Assembly: GCA_017523325.1 (NCBI GenBank) | Contig: JAFWWO010000010.1 | Coordinates: forward strand, 11,005 to 75,004 | DNA from: Anaerotignum sp. | GTDB taxonomy: Bacteria; Bacillota; Clostridia; Lachnospirales; Anaerotignaceae | DNA: 64,000 nt | Direction: 5' to 3' | The notes under the pieces: generated by a model | Told to the model about the DNA's origin: nothing | Databases searched by the model: none | Seen by the model: only the letters and a program-made list of their open reading frames with translations | Program-made: the position numbers and the translations under genes | Shown here: in pieces, positions 54,942 to 64,000 of the stretch | Numbering within the stretch: the stretch's first letter is position 1 | Layout: the number at the start of each line of letters is the position of its first letter

Positions 54942-55577
54942 TCATATTTTGCTTAATCTTGCTCCCATGGAAAACGCTTCTTCCAGATCATGCGGAAACT
55001 GTTCTTCACGCATCCTTTTTTTATGTTCTTCGTCAAATCCCGCCATGTTATACCTGCTGTAATCATTGACTTGAAGCGTATCACAACACGCATAGATTTC
55101 CATCGCGCCTTTTAATCCTTTCAAGGGTTCCAATTGCCGTGCCATCGATTCCTTGTACCACTTCTCATAAATGTCTTTTCCGGCATTCATGGAGAGAATA
55201 ACGCCCACATTTACCCTCCCTTGAAAATAGTTGGAATAGTCATCATAAGAAAGTGCACAAAAATGAAGCCGCTCCATAAGGGCATACACCTGACTGGTGA
55301 TGTTTCCCAAATAATTCGGAGAACCGATGATAAGGGCATCAGCCGCAAAGATGCGGTCAATTACAGGAGATAAATCATCCTTCCAGAAGCACTTGCAACG
55401 CACAGCACCCCTCCGCTTACAGGCCATGCAACTCCGGCACCCTGTATAGGCCAGGTCGTACAGATCTATATATTCCGTTTCTGCCCCAACGGACTCTGCT
55501 CCCTTTTGCGCCTCCCTCAGCATCAATGCGGTGTTCCAGTTTTCTCTGGGGCTGCCGTTTAATATCATCGTTTTCAT
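54942..55577 (-). CDS. Flavodoxin-family iron-sulfur flavoprotein / FMN reductase
   Basis: NGSPR..NT, CRSCMAC..C, GSPNY; SD GAGGAGG. Confidence 0.85.
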   Translation of the reverse strand: MKTMILNGSPRENWNTALMLREAQKGAESVGAETEYIDLYDLAYTGCRSCMACKRRGAVRCKCFWKDDLSPVIDRIFAADALIIGSPNYLGNITSQVYALMERLHFCALSYDDYSNYFQGRVNVGVILSMNAGKDIYEKWYKESMARQLEPLKGLKGAMEIYACCDTLQVNDYSRYNMAGFDEEHKKRMREEQFPHDLEEAFSMGARLSKI

Positions 55578-55676
55578 TTTCTCCTCCTCAAATTCAAGTT
55601 TGCCTATCCGAATCTCTGAAACCCTTTGATTTTCCTGCATTTCCCGCAGGTCTGCTACCATAAAAAGCTCCGTTTT

Positions 55677-55698
55677 CCCTTGTTTTTGCCCTTGTGAG
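55677..55698 (+). repeat. 22-bp direct repeat, copy 1 (inside a palindrome)
   Basis: CCCTTGTTTTTGCCCTTGTGAG; 21/22 identical to 56946-56967. Confidence 0.8.
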
Positions 55699-55909
55699 GC
55701 AAAACAAGGGAAACTTTTTTCAGAATGCCTACCGCGCATCAAGGCCTCGCCGCTTGAGAGAGCGAAATATACCCCTCGCACAAATCAGGCGATTTGTACA
55801 AGGGGTATTTTCGTCTTTGTAGAAGTATACCCCCTGAAAAATGAGTATCCAAAAGAAGCTGCGGGGATGCAGGATTTCTTTACAACCATTTATTTCGTGG
55901 GTACATTAT

Positions 55910-56464
55910 CTATCTGTTATCGCCATATTTCTTTTTGAGCATACGCAGCTTAAATCCGCAATGCACAAACAAATAAAGATATATAAGCAATAGAACAGAA
56001 AATATAACCGTAAACACATCAGCAAAAGGATGACTGCCCTCCACACTTCTTATGAAATTTGGAAGCAGACAGGCAAAAAAAGTCACTAATAATGGGAGCA
56101 TATGGGTCTTGACAATATGATTGACCATGTCAACACGAGAGGCATCATCGGAAAATATCTCGCTGTCCTGCTCTGTATCTGCATTTGACACTGGTTTGCG
56201 GAAATATAACCATCCAACACTGCGGTTAAAATACTCCCATCCGTAGTCATGAAAGATTTGAAGATAATCATGGTCTTCCGTATTATTCTTATAGTCCAAA
56301 CGATAAACAACGTCCTCTGGAGCGCAGCTTTCAAAGATATAGAAACAGGGCAGTATCGTTTTCATCAACTTCCATCCCTTTTTGTGCTGCTCACGCAGCC
56401 AAATCTCCTCTTCTTCATAATCTGCTATTGTAAAAAAGCGAATCATCGTCTTTCTGTTACTCAT
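55910..56464 (-). CDS. DUF2812-type membrane protein
   Basis: EEEIWL...GW.L...Y.FE...YRLDY...GWEY...YFRK...EIFSD plus two C-terminal TMs. Confidence 0.85.
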   Translation of the reverse strand: MSNRKTMIRFFTIADYEEEEIWLREQHKKGWKLMKTILPCFYIFESCAPEDVVYRLDYKNNTEDHDYLQIFHDYGWEYFNRSVGWLYFRKPVSNADTEQDSEIFSDDASRVDMVNHIVKTHMLPLLVTFFACLLPNFIRSVEGSHPFADVFTVIFSVLLLIYLYLFVHCGFKLRMLKKKYGDNR

Positions 56465-56780
56465 TTATTTTCTCTCCTTTACTGTTTTTGTATAGACGTT
56501 CAATGCGTCGAATTTCAAGAGATAAGATTTCTGCCCCAAGACCAGTAATCTGATACAGCTTTCGTTTTTCTTCTTCTCTTACGAAAGCTATGAGCCCATC
56601 CTTTTCCATTTTCGAGAGAGTTCCATACATAGTTCCTGCACCTATAACTAAATCGCCTCCGGTCATCTGTTTGACCTGTTGGCTGATGCCATAACCATGT
56701 TGTGGTTGTTGCAAGCAGAATAGTATATAGAATCCGCTCTCTGTCATGGGGACATAGATTCGTCTTATTTTACTATCCAT
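56457..56780 (-). CDS. PadR family regulator
   Basis: PMTES.FYIL...HGYGI...GAGTMYGTL..RKLYQIT..G. Confidence 0.92.
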   Translation of the reverse strand: MDSKIRRIYVPMTESGFYILFCLQQPQHGYGISQQVKQMTGGDLVIGAGTMYGTLSKMEKDGLIAFVREEEKRKLYQITGLGAEILSLEIRRIERLYKNSKGEKINE

Positions 56781-56806
56781 AAATCCTCCAGACTGTTTCA
56801 CTTCAA

Positions 56807-56855
56807 TATATCGAACTTCGCTATACATTATATCGAACCTCGATGTAATTGTCAA
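56807..56855 (-). promoter_or_regulatory. Consensus SigA promoter with tandem PadR operators
   Basis: TTGACA-17bp-TATAAT; TATATCGAACTTCGCTATA and TATATCGAACCTCGATGTA 22 bp apart. Confidence 0.75.
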
Positions 56856-56945
56856 GATATTTTTATTTCACAAAAACGACGGCGAGGATCGCTCCCTGCC
56901 GCCCGATTGCCACACCTTGTTATATCCTGTTATGATTTTATCTTA

Positions 56946-56967
56946 CCCTTGTTTTTGCCCTTATGAG
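56946..56967 (+). repeat. 22-bp direct repeat, copy 2
   Basis: CCCTTGTTTTTGCCCTTATGAG. Confidence 0.8.
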
Positions 56968-57237
56968 CCAGCCGGGCGATGTTGAAACGGTGTAACATTT
57001 AATAAAGGAATTCGGTGAGCAGATTGCGAAAAATCCTTTTTTTCAACGGTTTCAGAGGATTTCATTAAAACCCTATAATCACTGGCGGATGCCTATGATT
57101 TCGGGAAATTCTAATTCAAATTTGTTGATGTTTCATTTTGATATAGGCACGATTTCCTGTCTGCATCTATCCCAAATAGCCCCCTTTTGCGGTTTTGTAA
57201 TCCACCGTTCAGGGGGCTGCGTGTGCAAATCATCCAC

Positions 57238-60072
57238 TTATTTTCGTTTCAATATTTCTTTCAAATATTTCCCCGTATAAGACTTACGCACACGGCAGAT
57301 TTCCTCCGGCGTACCTGCCGCCACCAGCGTACCGCCTTTGTCGCCGCCTTCCGGCCCTAAATCAATGATATAATCCGCCGTTTTGATGACATCCAGATTA
57401 TGCTCAATAACCACAACCGTATTGCCGCCCTCTGCCAAACGCTGTAAAATATGCACCAGCTTATGGACATCGGCCGTATGCAAACCTGTTGTGGGCTCGT
57501 CCAGAATATACATGGTGCGTCCGGTGCTTTTGCGGCTCAACTCCGTTGCCAGTTTCACCCGCTGTGCCTCCCCGCCGGAAAGGGTGGTAGAAGATTGCCC
57601 CAGCTGTACATAGGATAACCCCACATCATGCAGCGTTTGCAGTTTCGCCTTAATTCTGGGGATATTTTCGAAAAAGACCAGTGCCTCCTCCACCGTCATA
57701 TCCAGCACATCGGAAATGGTTTTCCCCTTGTATTTGACTTCTAAGGTTTCCCGATTATATCGCTTGCCGTGACACACTTCGCAAGGCACATAAATATCCG
57801 GCAAAAAGTGCATTTCTATTTTAATGATACCGTCACCGGCGCAGGCCTCACATCGCCCGCCCTTCACATTAAAGCTGAACCGCCCCTTCTGATAGCCACG
57901 CATTTTCGCCTCTGTGGTCTGTGCAAACACATCCCGAATCATATCAAATAATCCGGTGTAGGTAGCAGGATTGCTACGGGGTGTCCGCCCAATGGGCGAT
58001 TGGTCGATATTGATGACCTTATCCAGTTTTTCCAGACCCAGCATATCCTCGTGTTGCCCGGGGCGCAGCTTGGCACGGTTTAAGTCCCTCGCCAACCGCT
58101 TATATAAAATTTCGTTAATGAGGGAACTCTTCCCCGAACCGCTGACCCCTGTCACACAGGTAAATAATCCCAAGGGAATGGAAACATCAATCCCTTTGAG
58201 GTTGTTTTCCGCCGCCCCCTTGATGGTCAGCAGCATATCCGGCTGTAATGGGCGGCGTTTTTTGGGAATTTCAATTTTTTTCCGTCCGCTCAAATAGGCA
58301 CCCGTTTCCGAACGCCCACACTCCATCAAATCCGCCACACTGCCGGCACAAACCACCTCGCCGCCATCTCTGCCGGCACCGGGACCAATATCCACCACAA
58401 AATCCGCCGCCCGCATGGTATCCTCGTCATGCTCCACCACAATCAGAGAATTGCCAATATCCCGCAGGTGCTTCAATGTTGCCAATAGCTTGTCATTATC
58501 CCGCTGGTGTAAGCCGATACTGGGCTCATCCAGAATATATACTACACCCACCAAGCCGGAGCCGATTTGTGTCGCCAAGCGTATCCGTTGGGATTCGCCT
58601 CCGGAAAGCGTACCCGCCATACGGGAAAGGGTCAGGTATTCCAACCCTACGTCCATCAAAAAACCGACTCTGGCATGAATTTCCTTCAAAATACGCTCTG
58701 CAATCATCTGCTCCCGCCCGTTCAGTTTCAAATCTGCAAAGAATTGCTGCATTTCGCTGATGGAAAGCTCTGTCACTTGGGAAATATTCCTGTCGCCCAC
58801 AGTAATGGCCAATACCTCCGGCCGCAGACGATTCCCATGGCAATCGGGACATTGTATATTCGTCATATACTCCTCGTATTCCCCCCGCATGGTTTCGGAG
58901 GTTTCGTTGTATCTTCTCTGTAAATTATGGATAATCCCCTCAAAAGCGTAATCGTAAGTCCCGCTTCCCCTGTAATTGGTATAGGTAATCCGCAGCTTTT
59001 CACCGCCTGTGCCATAAAAAATAATATCTCGTATTTCCTTCGGCAATTCCCGAAAAGGGGTTTCCAGTGAAAACCCGTATTTTTCCGCCAAGGCATCAAA
59101 CAGCACACGGCTCATGCTCCCCTTGGCAGAAATGGAGTTGTATCCCGGTGCCACAATGGCTCCGCTTAAAATGCTTAAGCTGTCGTTGGGTACAATCAAC
59201 TGCTCATCAAATTTCATCTGCATACCCAGCCCCATGCAGGTAGGGCAGGCGCCGCTGGGATTGTTAAAGGAAAATACCCTCGGTTCAATCTCCATCAAAT
59301 CAATACCGCAATCAGGGCAGGAGAAATTCTGGCTGAATATCAGCTCCTCCTCCCCCTGATTGACATCTACCACCAAAAGCCCGCCGGATAATGCCGTTAC
59401 GGTTTCAATAGACTCCGTCAGCCGTTTTTGTATGCCGTCCCGCACCATCAGACGGTCTACCACAATTTCAATGGTATGTTTTTTGTTCTTTTCCAACTGT
59501 ATGGGTTCGGAAAGCTCGTATAAAATCCCGTCCACACGGACACGGACATAGCCGCTTTTTTTAGCGTCCTCCAGCAGCTTCAAATGCTCGCCTTTTCTGC
59601 CCCGCACCACCGGCGCCAAAAGCTGTAGCTTTGTTCGCTCCGGCAGTTCCATAATACGGTCTACAATCTGGTCTATGGTCTGCTTTTTGATTTCCTTCCC
59701 GCATTTCGGACAATGGGGAATACCGATGCGGGCATAAAGCAAGCGGAGGTAATCATAAATCTCCGTCACCGTGCCCACCGTAGAACGAGGGTTATGGCTG
59801 GTGGTTTTCTGGTCGATGGAAATAGCGGGAGAAAGCCCTTCTATCAAATCCACCTCCGGCTTATCCATCTGCCCCAAAAACTGGCGGGCATAGGAAGAAA
59901 GGGATTCCACATATCTTCGCTGTCCCTCCGCATAAATCGTATCAAAAGCCAGGGAGCTTTTCCCCGAACCGCTGACTCCCGTAAACACCACCAGTTGATC
60001 TCTGGGTATGGTCAGGTCAATGTTTCGCAGGTTATGGGCACGGGCCCCCTTAATGACTATTTTATCCTTCAT
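57238..60072 (-). CDS. uvrA: Excinuclease ABC subunit A
   Basis: Two GVSGSGKSS Walker A, two LSGGE, zinc fingers. Confidence 0.97.
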   Translation of the reverse strand: MKDKIVIKGARAHNLRNIDLTIPRDQLVVFTGVSGSGKSSLAFDTIYAEGQRRYVESLSSYARQFLGQMDKPEVDLIEGLSPAISIDQKTTSHNPRSTVGTVTEIYDYLRLLYARIGIPHCPKCGKEIKKQTIDQIVDRIMELPERTKLQLLAPVVRGRKGEHLKLLEDAKKSGYVRVRVDGILYELSEPIQLEKNKKHTIEIVVDRLMVRDGIQKRLTESIETVTALSGGLLVVDVNQGEEELIFSQNFSCPDCGIDLMEIEPRVFSFNNPSGACPTCMGLGMQMKFDEQLIVPNDSLSILSGAIVAPGYNSISAKGSMSRVLFDALAEKYGFSLETPFRELPKEIRDIIFYGTGGEKLRITYTNYRGSGTYDYAFEGIIHNLQRRYNETSETMRGEYEEYMTNIQCPDCHGNRLRPEVLAITVGDRNISQVTELSISEMQQFFADLKLNGREQMIAERILKEIHARVGFLMDVGLEYLTLSRMAGTLSGGESQRIRLATQIGSGLVGVVYILDEPSIGLHQRDNDKLLATLKHLRDIGNSLIVVEHDEDTMRAADFVVDIGPGAGRDGGEVVCAGSVADLMECGRSETGAYLSGRKKIEIPKKRRPLQPDMLLTIKGAAENNLKGIDVSIPLGLFTCVTGVSGSGKSSLINEILYKRLARDLNRAKLRPGQHEDMLGLEKLDKVINIDQSPIGRTPRSNPATYTGLFDMIRDVFAQTTEAKMRGYQKGRFSFNVKGGRCEACAGDGIIKIEMHFLPDIYVPCEVCHGKRYNRETLEVKYKGKTISDVLDMTVEEALVFFENIPRIKAKLQTLHDVGLSYVQLGQSSTTLSGGEAQRVKLATELSRKSTGRTMYILDEPTTGLHTADVHKLVHILQRLAEGGNTVVVIEHNLDVIKTADYIIDLGPEGGDKGGTLVAAGTPEEICRVRKSYTGKYLKEILKRK

Positions 60073-60159
60073 AGTGCCTCCTTTGCCGAGGGCAAATTAT
60101 TGTGCCGCCAGCTTTTTCAGTTCCGTTATTTTATCGCGCAGTTCTGCCGCCCGCTCAAA

Positions 60160-62079
60160 TTACAGTTCCATAGCGGCCTGCTTCATCTCTTTATCCAGCT
60201 TTACAATCAGCTTTTTCAATTCCTCCACACTCATGGATTCCGGGTCTTTTTCCAGTCCAAACCGGTGCTTTTCCGTAGCCGCCTTTGTAATCTGAATCAC
60301 ATCATGCACCTTTTTGTGTATGGTGCGGGGAATGATGCCATGCTCCTGATTATAAGCCTCCTGAATGGCACGACGGCGATTGGTTTCCGTAATGGCTCTG
60401 TCCATGCTTTCCGTCATAACATCGGCATACATAATAACCCTTCCCTCCGCATTTCTGGCGGCACGACCGATGGTCTGTATCAGGGAAGTTTCAGAACGCA
60501 AAAAGCCCTCCTTATCCGCATCTAAAATCGCCACCAGACTCACTTCGGGAATATCCAGCCCTTCTCTCAGCAGGTTAATGCCCACCAGCACATCAAATAC
60601 GTCCATACGCAAATCACGGATAATTTCCAGCCGTTCCAGTGTATCAATATCCGAATGAAGATACCGCACCCGCACACCGGTTTCCCGCAAATAATCTGTC
60701 AGCCGCTCCGCCATTTTTTTGGTCAGGGTGGTAACCAGCACCTTATGTCCCGCCTCCGTGGTTTTCCGTACTTCGCCCAGCAAATCATCAATCTGCCCGT
60801 GTATGGGGCGGACAGAGATTTCCGGGTCTAACAGCCCCGTGGGGCGGATAATCTGCTCCGCCGTCTGCTGGGAATGTTCCTTTTCATAAACGGAGGGCGT
60901 GGCGGAAACAAAAAGCAACTGATTGATTTTGCTTTCAAATTCGCTGAATTTCAGAGGGCGGTTGTCCAAAGCCGATGGCAGACGAAAGCCATAGTCCACC
61001 AATGTTGTTTTGCGGGAACGGTCGCCCTCGTACATTCCGCGAATTTGGGGAATGGAAACATGGGACTCATCGGCAATCATCAAAAAATCATCGGGAAAAA
61101 AGTCAATCAGCGTAAAAGGCATACTGCCTGCCTCCCGCAAAGAAAGATGTCTGGAATAGTTTTCAATGCCCGTGCAAAAGCCCATTTCTTTGAGCATTTC
61201 AATATCATAATTCGTCCTTTGCTCCAGCCGCTGTGCCTCCAGCAGCTTGTCCTCCCGCTTTAATTCCGCCAGTCGCTCTGCCAACTCCGCCTCAATGCGT
61301 TCGATGGCAATTTTCATTTTATCCGGCGCCGTCACATAATGAGAAGCAGGAAAAATAGAGATATGATTTCTCGTACCGAGGATTTCTCCCGTCAGTACGT
61401 CAATTTCCGTGATTCTGTCTACTTCATCGCCGAAAAATTCCACCCGCACAGCGTGTTCCGAGGAACCGATGGGGAACACCTCCACCACATCACCCCGTAC
61501 ACGGAAAGTGCCCCGCTCGAAATTCAAATCATTTCGGTCATATTGCATCTCAATCAAGCTGCGCAGCACTTCATCTCTGTCTTTTATCATACCGGGCCGC
61601 AGGGAAAGCATCATACCATAATATTCCTCCGGGTCGCCCAAGCCGTAAATGCAAGAAACACTGGCAACAACAATAACGTCCTCTCGTTCCACCAATGCCG
61701 CCGTAGCGGAATGGCGCAGCTTGTCAATCTCGTCATTTATGGAGGAATCCTTTTCGATATAGGTATCTGTGCTGGGAACGTATGCCTCCGGCTGATAATA
61801 ATCGTAATAGGAAACGAAATACTCCACCGCATTATGGGGGAAGAATTCCTTTAATTCGTTATAGAGCTGTGCCGCCAAGGTTTTATTGTGGGCAATGACA
61901 AGGGTCGGCTTCTGTATCCGTTCAATGACGTTAGCCATCGTAAATGTTTTACCGGAGCCCGTCACCCCCAGCAGTGTCTGAAATTTTTTCCCTTCCAAAA
62001 AGCCGTTTGCCAGCTTATCCACTGCTTCCGGCTGATCCCCCGTCATTTCATAGGGGCTGACAACTTCAAATCTTGGCAT
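60160..62079 (-). CDS. uvrB: Excinuclease ABC subunit B, C-terminus cut by an in-frame TAA
   Basis: [31 protein letters not shown]; homology continues 20 codons past the stop to 60097. Confidence 0.95.
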   Translation of the reverse strand: MPRFEVVSPYEMTGDQPEAVDKLANGFLEGKKFQTLLGVTGSGKTFTMANVIERIQKPTLVIAHNKTLAAQLYNELKEFFPHNAVEYFVSYYDYYQPEAYVPSTDTYIEKDSSINDEIDKLRHSATAALVEREDVIVVASVSCIYGLGDPEEYYGMMLSLRPGMIKDRDEVLRSLIEMQYDRNDLNFERGTFRVRGDVVEVFPIGSSEHAVRVEFFGDEVDRITEIDVLTGEILGTRNHISIFPASHYVTAPDKMKIAIERIEAELAERLAELKREDKLLEAQRLEQRTNYDIEMLKEMGFCTGIENYSRHLSLREAGSMPFTLIDFFPDDFLMIADESHVSIPQIRGMYEGDRSRKTTLVDYGFRLPSALDNRPLKFSEFESKINQLLFVSATPSVYEKEHSQQTAEQIIRPTGLLDPEISVRPIHGQIDDLLGEVRKTTEAGHKVLVTTLTKKMAERLTDYLRETGVRVRYLHSDIDTLERLEIIRDLRMDVFDVLVGINLLREGLDIPEVSLVAILDADKEGFLRSETSLIQTIGRAARNAEGRVIMYADVMTESMDRAITETNRRRAIQEAYNQEHGIIPRTIHKKVHDVIQITKAATEKHRFGLEKDPESMSVEELKKLIVKLDKEMKQAAMEL

Positions 62080-62098
62080 ATGCCCACCTCCAAAAAGA

Positions 62099-62142
62099 GA
62101 ACTTCTGTTCCCCATTATAGCACAACGTAGATGCTTTGTCAG
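62099..62142 (-). promoter_or_regulatory. uvrBA promoter with LexA box
   Basis: GAACTTCTGTTC (62099-62110); CTGACA-17bp-TATAAT with TGn. Confidence 0.85.
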
Positions 62143-62177
62143 CAATTTCCGCAGATAATCACAGATAAAAAAAAGAG
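62112..62177 (+). repeat. ~66-bp direct repeat, copy 1 (uvrB promoter)
   Basis: Matches 62855-62919 with 2 substitutions and 1 indel. Confidence 0.92.
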
Positions 62178-62373
62178 TGCTTTCATGTTTGTATATACCA
62201 AACTGCATCCTGTGGCGGCAGCCGGCTGAATTTTACTTTTACGAAAAAATTTTAATACAATTCAATGTTTTCCTGCCTCTTATAAAATACCCCTTTAGAA
62301 TGAATCTAAAAGGGTATTATATTTATGGAATTTATTTAATTGTATCATAAGTTTCTGTAAACAATACTTCAAA

Positions 62374-62757
62374 TCATTCTTTTTTCAAACGAAAAAACAT
62401 CTTTATAAAAATAATGAAATAGAATCCAAAAAGAAATAAAAAAAGAGGAAAATACTTCGCATAAAAATTTACAGGGAAAATATCAAGCCTTAAGATAAAA
62501 GAAAGAATCGGTATTAGCGGAATGATACCTGCTATAGCAACACCTCTTAAATTCAGCTTGTTTAATGGCATTAGCATTTCAACCAAATCGCCCATGAAAC
62601 ATCCAATGATACAATATGTAGCCATGGAAATTATACTGAAAAACAAATAATATTTCGATAAAGAAAATGTTTTAAATAATTCCGTTGTCGTGGTTAACAG
62701 AAAAAATGAAACGTATGGATATAACATAATTTTCAAAAATAATTGGTTTTTTTTCAT
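62374..62757 (-). CDS. AT-rich hypothetical membrane protein (about 4 TM)
   Basis: 127 aa, hydrophobic, SD GAGGCAGGA; visibly AT-richer than flanking genes. Confidence 0.65.
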   Translation of the reverse strand: MKKNQLFLKIMLYPYVSFFLLTTTTELFKTFSLSKYYLFFSIISMATYCIIGCFMGDLVEMLMPLNKLNLRGVAIAGIIPLIPILSFILRLDIFPVNFYAKYFPLFLFLFGFYFIIFIKMFFRLKKE

Positions 62758-62854
62758 ATATCCTGCCTCTCTTTCTTTTAATATTTATTACCACAATAAG
62801 TTCTTCAAAAAACCGGTCATTTGTCTCTTTCTCAATTTATATACTTACTTATCT

Positions 62855-62919
62855 CCATTATAGCACAACATAGATGCTTTGCCAGCAATTTCCGCAGATA
62901 ATCACAGATAAAAAAAGAG
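62855..62919 (+). repeat. ~65-bp direct repeat, copy 2
   Basis: CCATTATAGCACAACATAGATGCTTTGCCAGCAATTTCCGCAGATAATCACAGATAAAAAAAGAG. Confidence 0.92.
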
Positions 62920-63289
62920 AACCCCTATCCATAGAGTTCTCCATGTACCTTCTGTTTCATACCGAAGCGTTTTGCCAAATATTTTTTCTGATTTATTGAC
63001 GCTTTCTTCTGGTCAGGGCAAAAAAAAGAGACAGAGAAGTGGTAAAGATACGCCCTGTGAACGGCAAATAGCCGTTTTGAAAGCAGGTAATATAAGCCCT
63101 TTACCAACTCCAAAAACGAGGTCATAACAGGAGTAAAAAACCCATAGTTATGCGGCTTTTCCGGCTGCAATAAGGCATTAAATGTCTACATATCTTTGTT
63201 GCGTGGTAGAAACATTCATACTTCTGTGTTACACTAGATTCACAATAGAGCTTTTCTAATGATTTTGGTTTCTTGACACCATGTTTTCA

Positions 63290-63319
63290 GCATCTTACCT
63301 GTCGAAAACTACCACTTAC
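63290..63319 (+). promoter_or_regulatory. LytTR-type direct repeat
   Basis: GCATCTTAC-12bp-ACCACTTAC, 10 bp upstream of CAGACA-17bp-TATCAT. Confidence 0.6.
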
Positions 63320-63388
63320 TCCAAAAGTCCAGACAAAGTAAAAAGTACCCCTTATCATACAGTCATAGCAGGAAGTGAGGTGAAATAT

Positions 63389-63826
63389 GTGAAAGTGGAA
63401 ATTAAACTGACAGAAGAAGAGTATGAACCCTATGCCGTAATCTATACAAGGGAGATAACGCCGGCGATTAGAAACGCGGTAATGTTGCTCGAACAGGAGA
63501 GTCCCAACGTGATTTCCGTGGTGGACAACGAACGCATTATCATTTTACAACCTGAAGAAATCATTATGATCAGGGTAGAAAACGAAAAAACATCCGTATA
63601 TGCAAAAGCAGAGAGATACGAAAGCAATAAGCGACTATACGAATTTGAAGAAATGCTCGGGAACGGGTTTATGAAAACCTCCAAATCGACGATTGTCAAT
63701 CTGAAACAAATCGCATATGTCCAGCCGACACTGGGAGGTCTTATGCTTCTTGTTCTGAAAAATGGCTGTACAGATCACATTTCACGAAAATATTGGCCCG
63801 CTTTCAAAAAGCATTTGGGATTATAA
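63389..63826 (+). CDS. Stand-alone LytTR-domain regulator
   Basis: KVEIK start (GTG), RLYEFEE.L...F...SKS.IVN, ISRKY; no receiver domain. Confidence 0.88.
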   Translation: MKVEIKLTEEEYEPYAVIYTREITPAIRNAVMLLEQESPNVISVVDNERIIILQPEEIIMIRVENEKTSVYAKAERYESNKRLYEFEEMLGNGFMKTSKSTIVNLKQIAYVQPTLGGLMLLVLKNGCTDHISRKYWPAFKKHLGL

Positions 63827-63839
63827 GGAGGTACAATCC

Positions 63840-64000
63840 GTGAAAAAGATATTCAAAAAGATTTATTCAGGAATCGCTATGGGGTGCTTTACATTCGTCG
63901 CTATGATTTTCATTGCATCCACCTTTGCGGGTGGAGCAAACACTTTCTTTGCATCAAGAACAGGAAATGAATGGTTAACGCTTGCATCTTGCTTCATCGT
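63840..64000 (+). CDS. Membrane protein, DUF3021-like partner of LytTR (partial)
   Basis: SD AAGGAGG plus GTG; MKKIFKKIYSGIAMGCFTFVAMIFIA... open to the window end. Confidence 0.65.
   Translation, partial: MKKIFKKIYSGIAMGCFTFVAMIFIASTFAGGANTFFASRTGNEWLTLASCFI

Noticed and set aside
55578-55781. N-terminal extension of the flavoprotein ORF (likewise uvrB, typA, rapZ, asd, pbpA, padR)
   Set aside because: Longest-ORF artefacts; homology and SD position support the downstream starts
62925-63170. 81-aa ORF and a tRNA-3'-end-like CCCTTTACCAACTCCA (63097-63112) as a possible att remnant
   Set aside because: No T-arm GTTCGA or cloverleaf, match too short; the ORF has no SD or motifs

Overview
Core chromosomal segment of an anaerobic, probably spore-forming clostridial bacterium, most likely an Anaerotignum relative (the LcdC and Pct translations closely match Clostridium/Anaerotignum propionicum as I remember them). 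Most genes are on the minus strand. Contents in order: acrylate-pathway operon lcdCAB-pct; zapA-U32-rodA-pbpA-patatin; a P-loop ATPase plus four-subunit 2-oxoacid:ferredoxin oxidoreductase; type III glutamine synthetase; ylxM-ffh-rpsP-khpA-rimM-trmD; typA-spoVB-uvrC-hprK-murB-rapZ-whiA-HPr-like-queT; a full V/A-type ATPase with a Na+-type rotor; lysine riboswitch plus asd-dapA-dapB; uvrBA flanked by accessory DNA. I saw no rRNA, intact tRNA, CRISPR array, integrase or transposase. Best leads: (1) an 87-aa orphan under a perfect LexA box whose motif pattern resembles ImuB-C/DUF6504; (2) an in-frame TAA cutting off the end of the UvrB UVR domain; (3) a ~66-bp duplication of the uvrB promoter bracketing an AT-rich membrane gene; (4) a PadR-DUF2812 cassette bounded by 22-bp direct repeats; (5) a LytTR regulatory system with its repeat; (6) a structured lcd leader with a 4-codon uORF. 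Family assignments come from motif recognition, not database searches.
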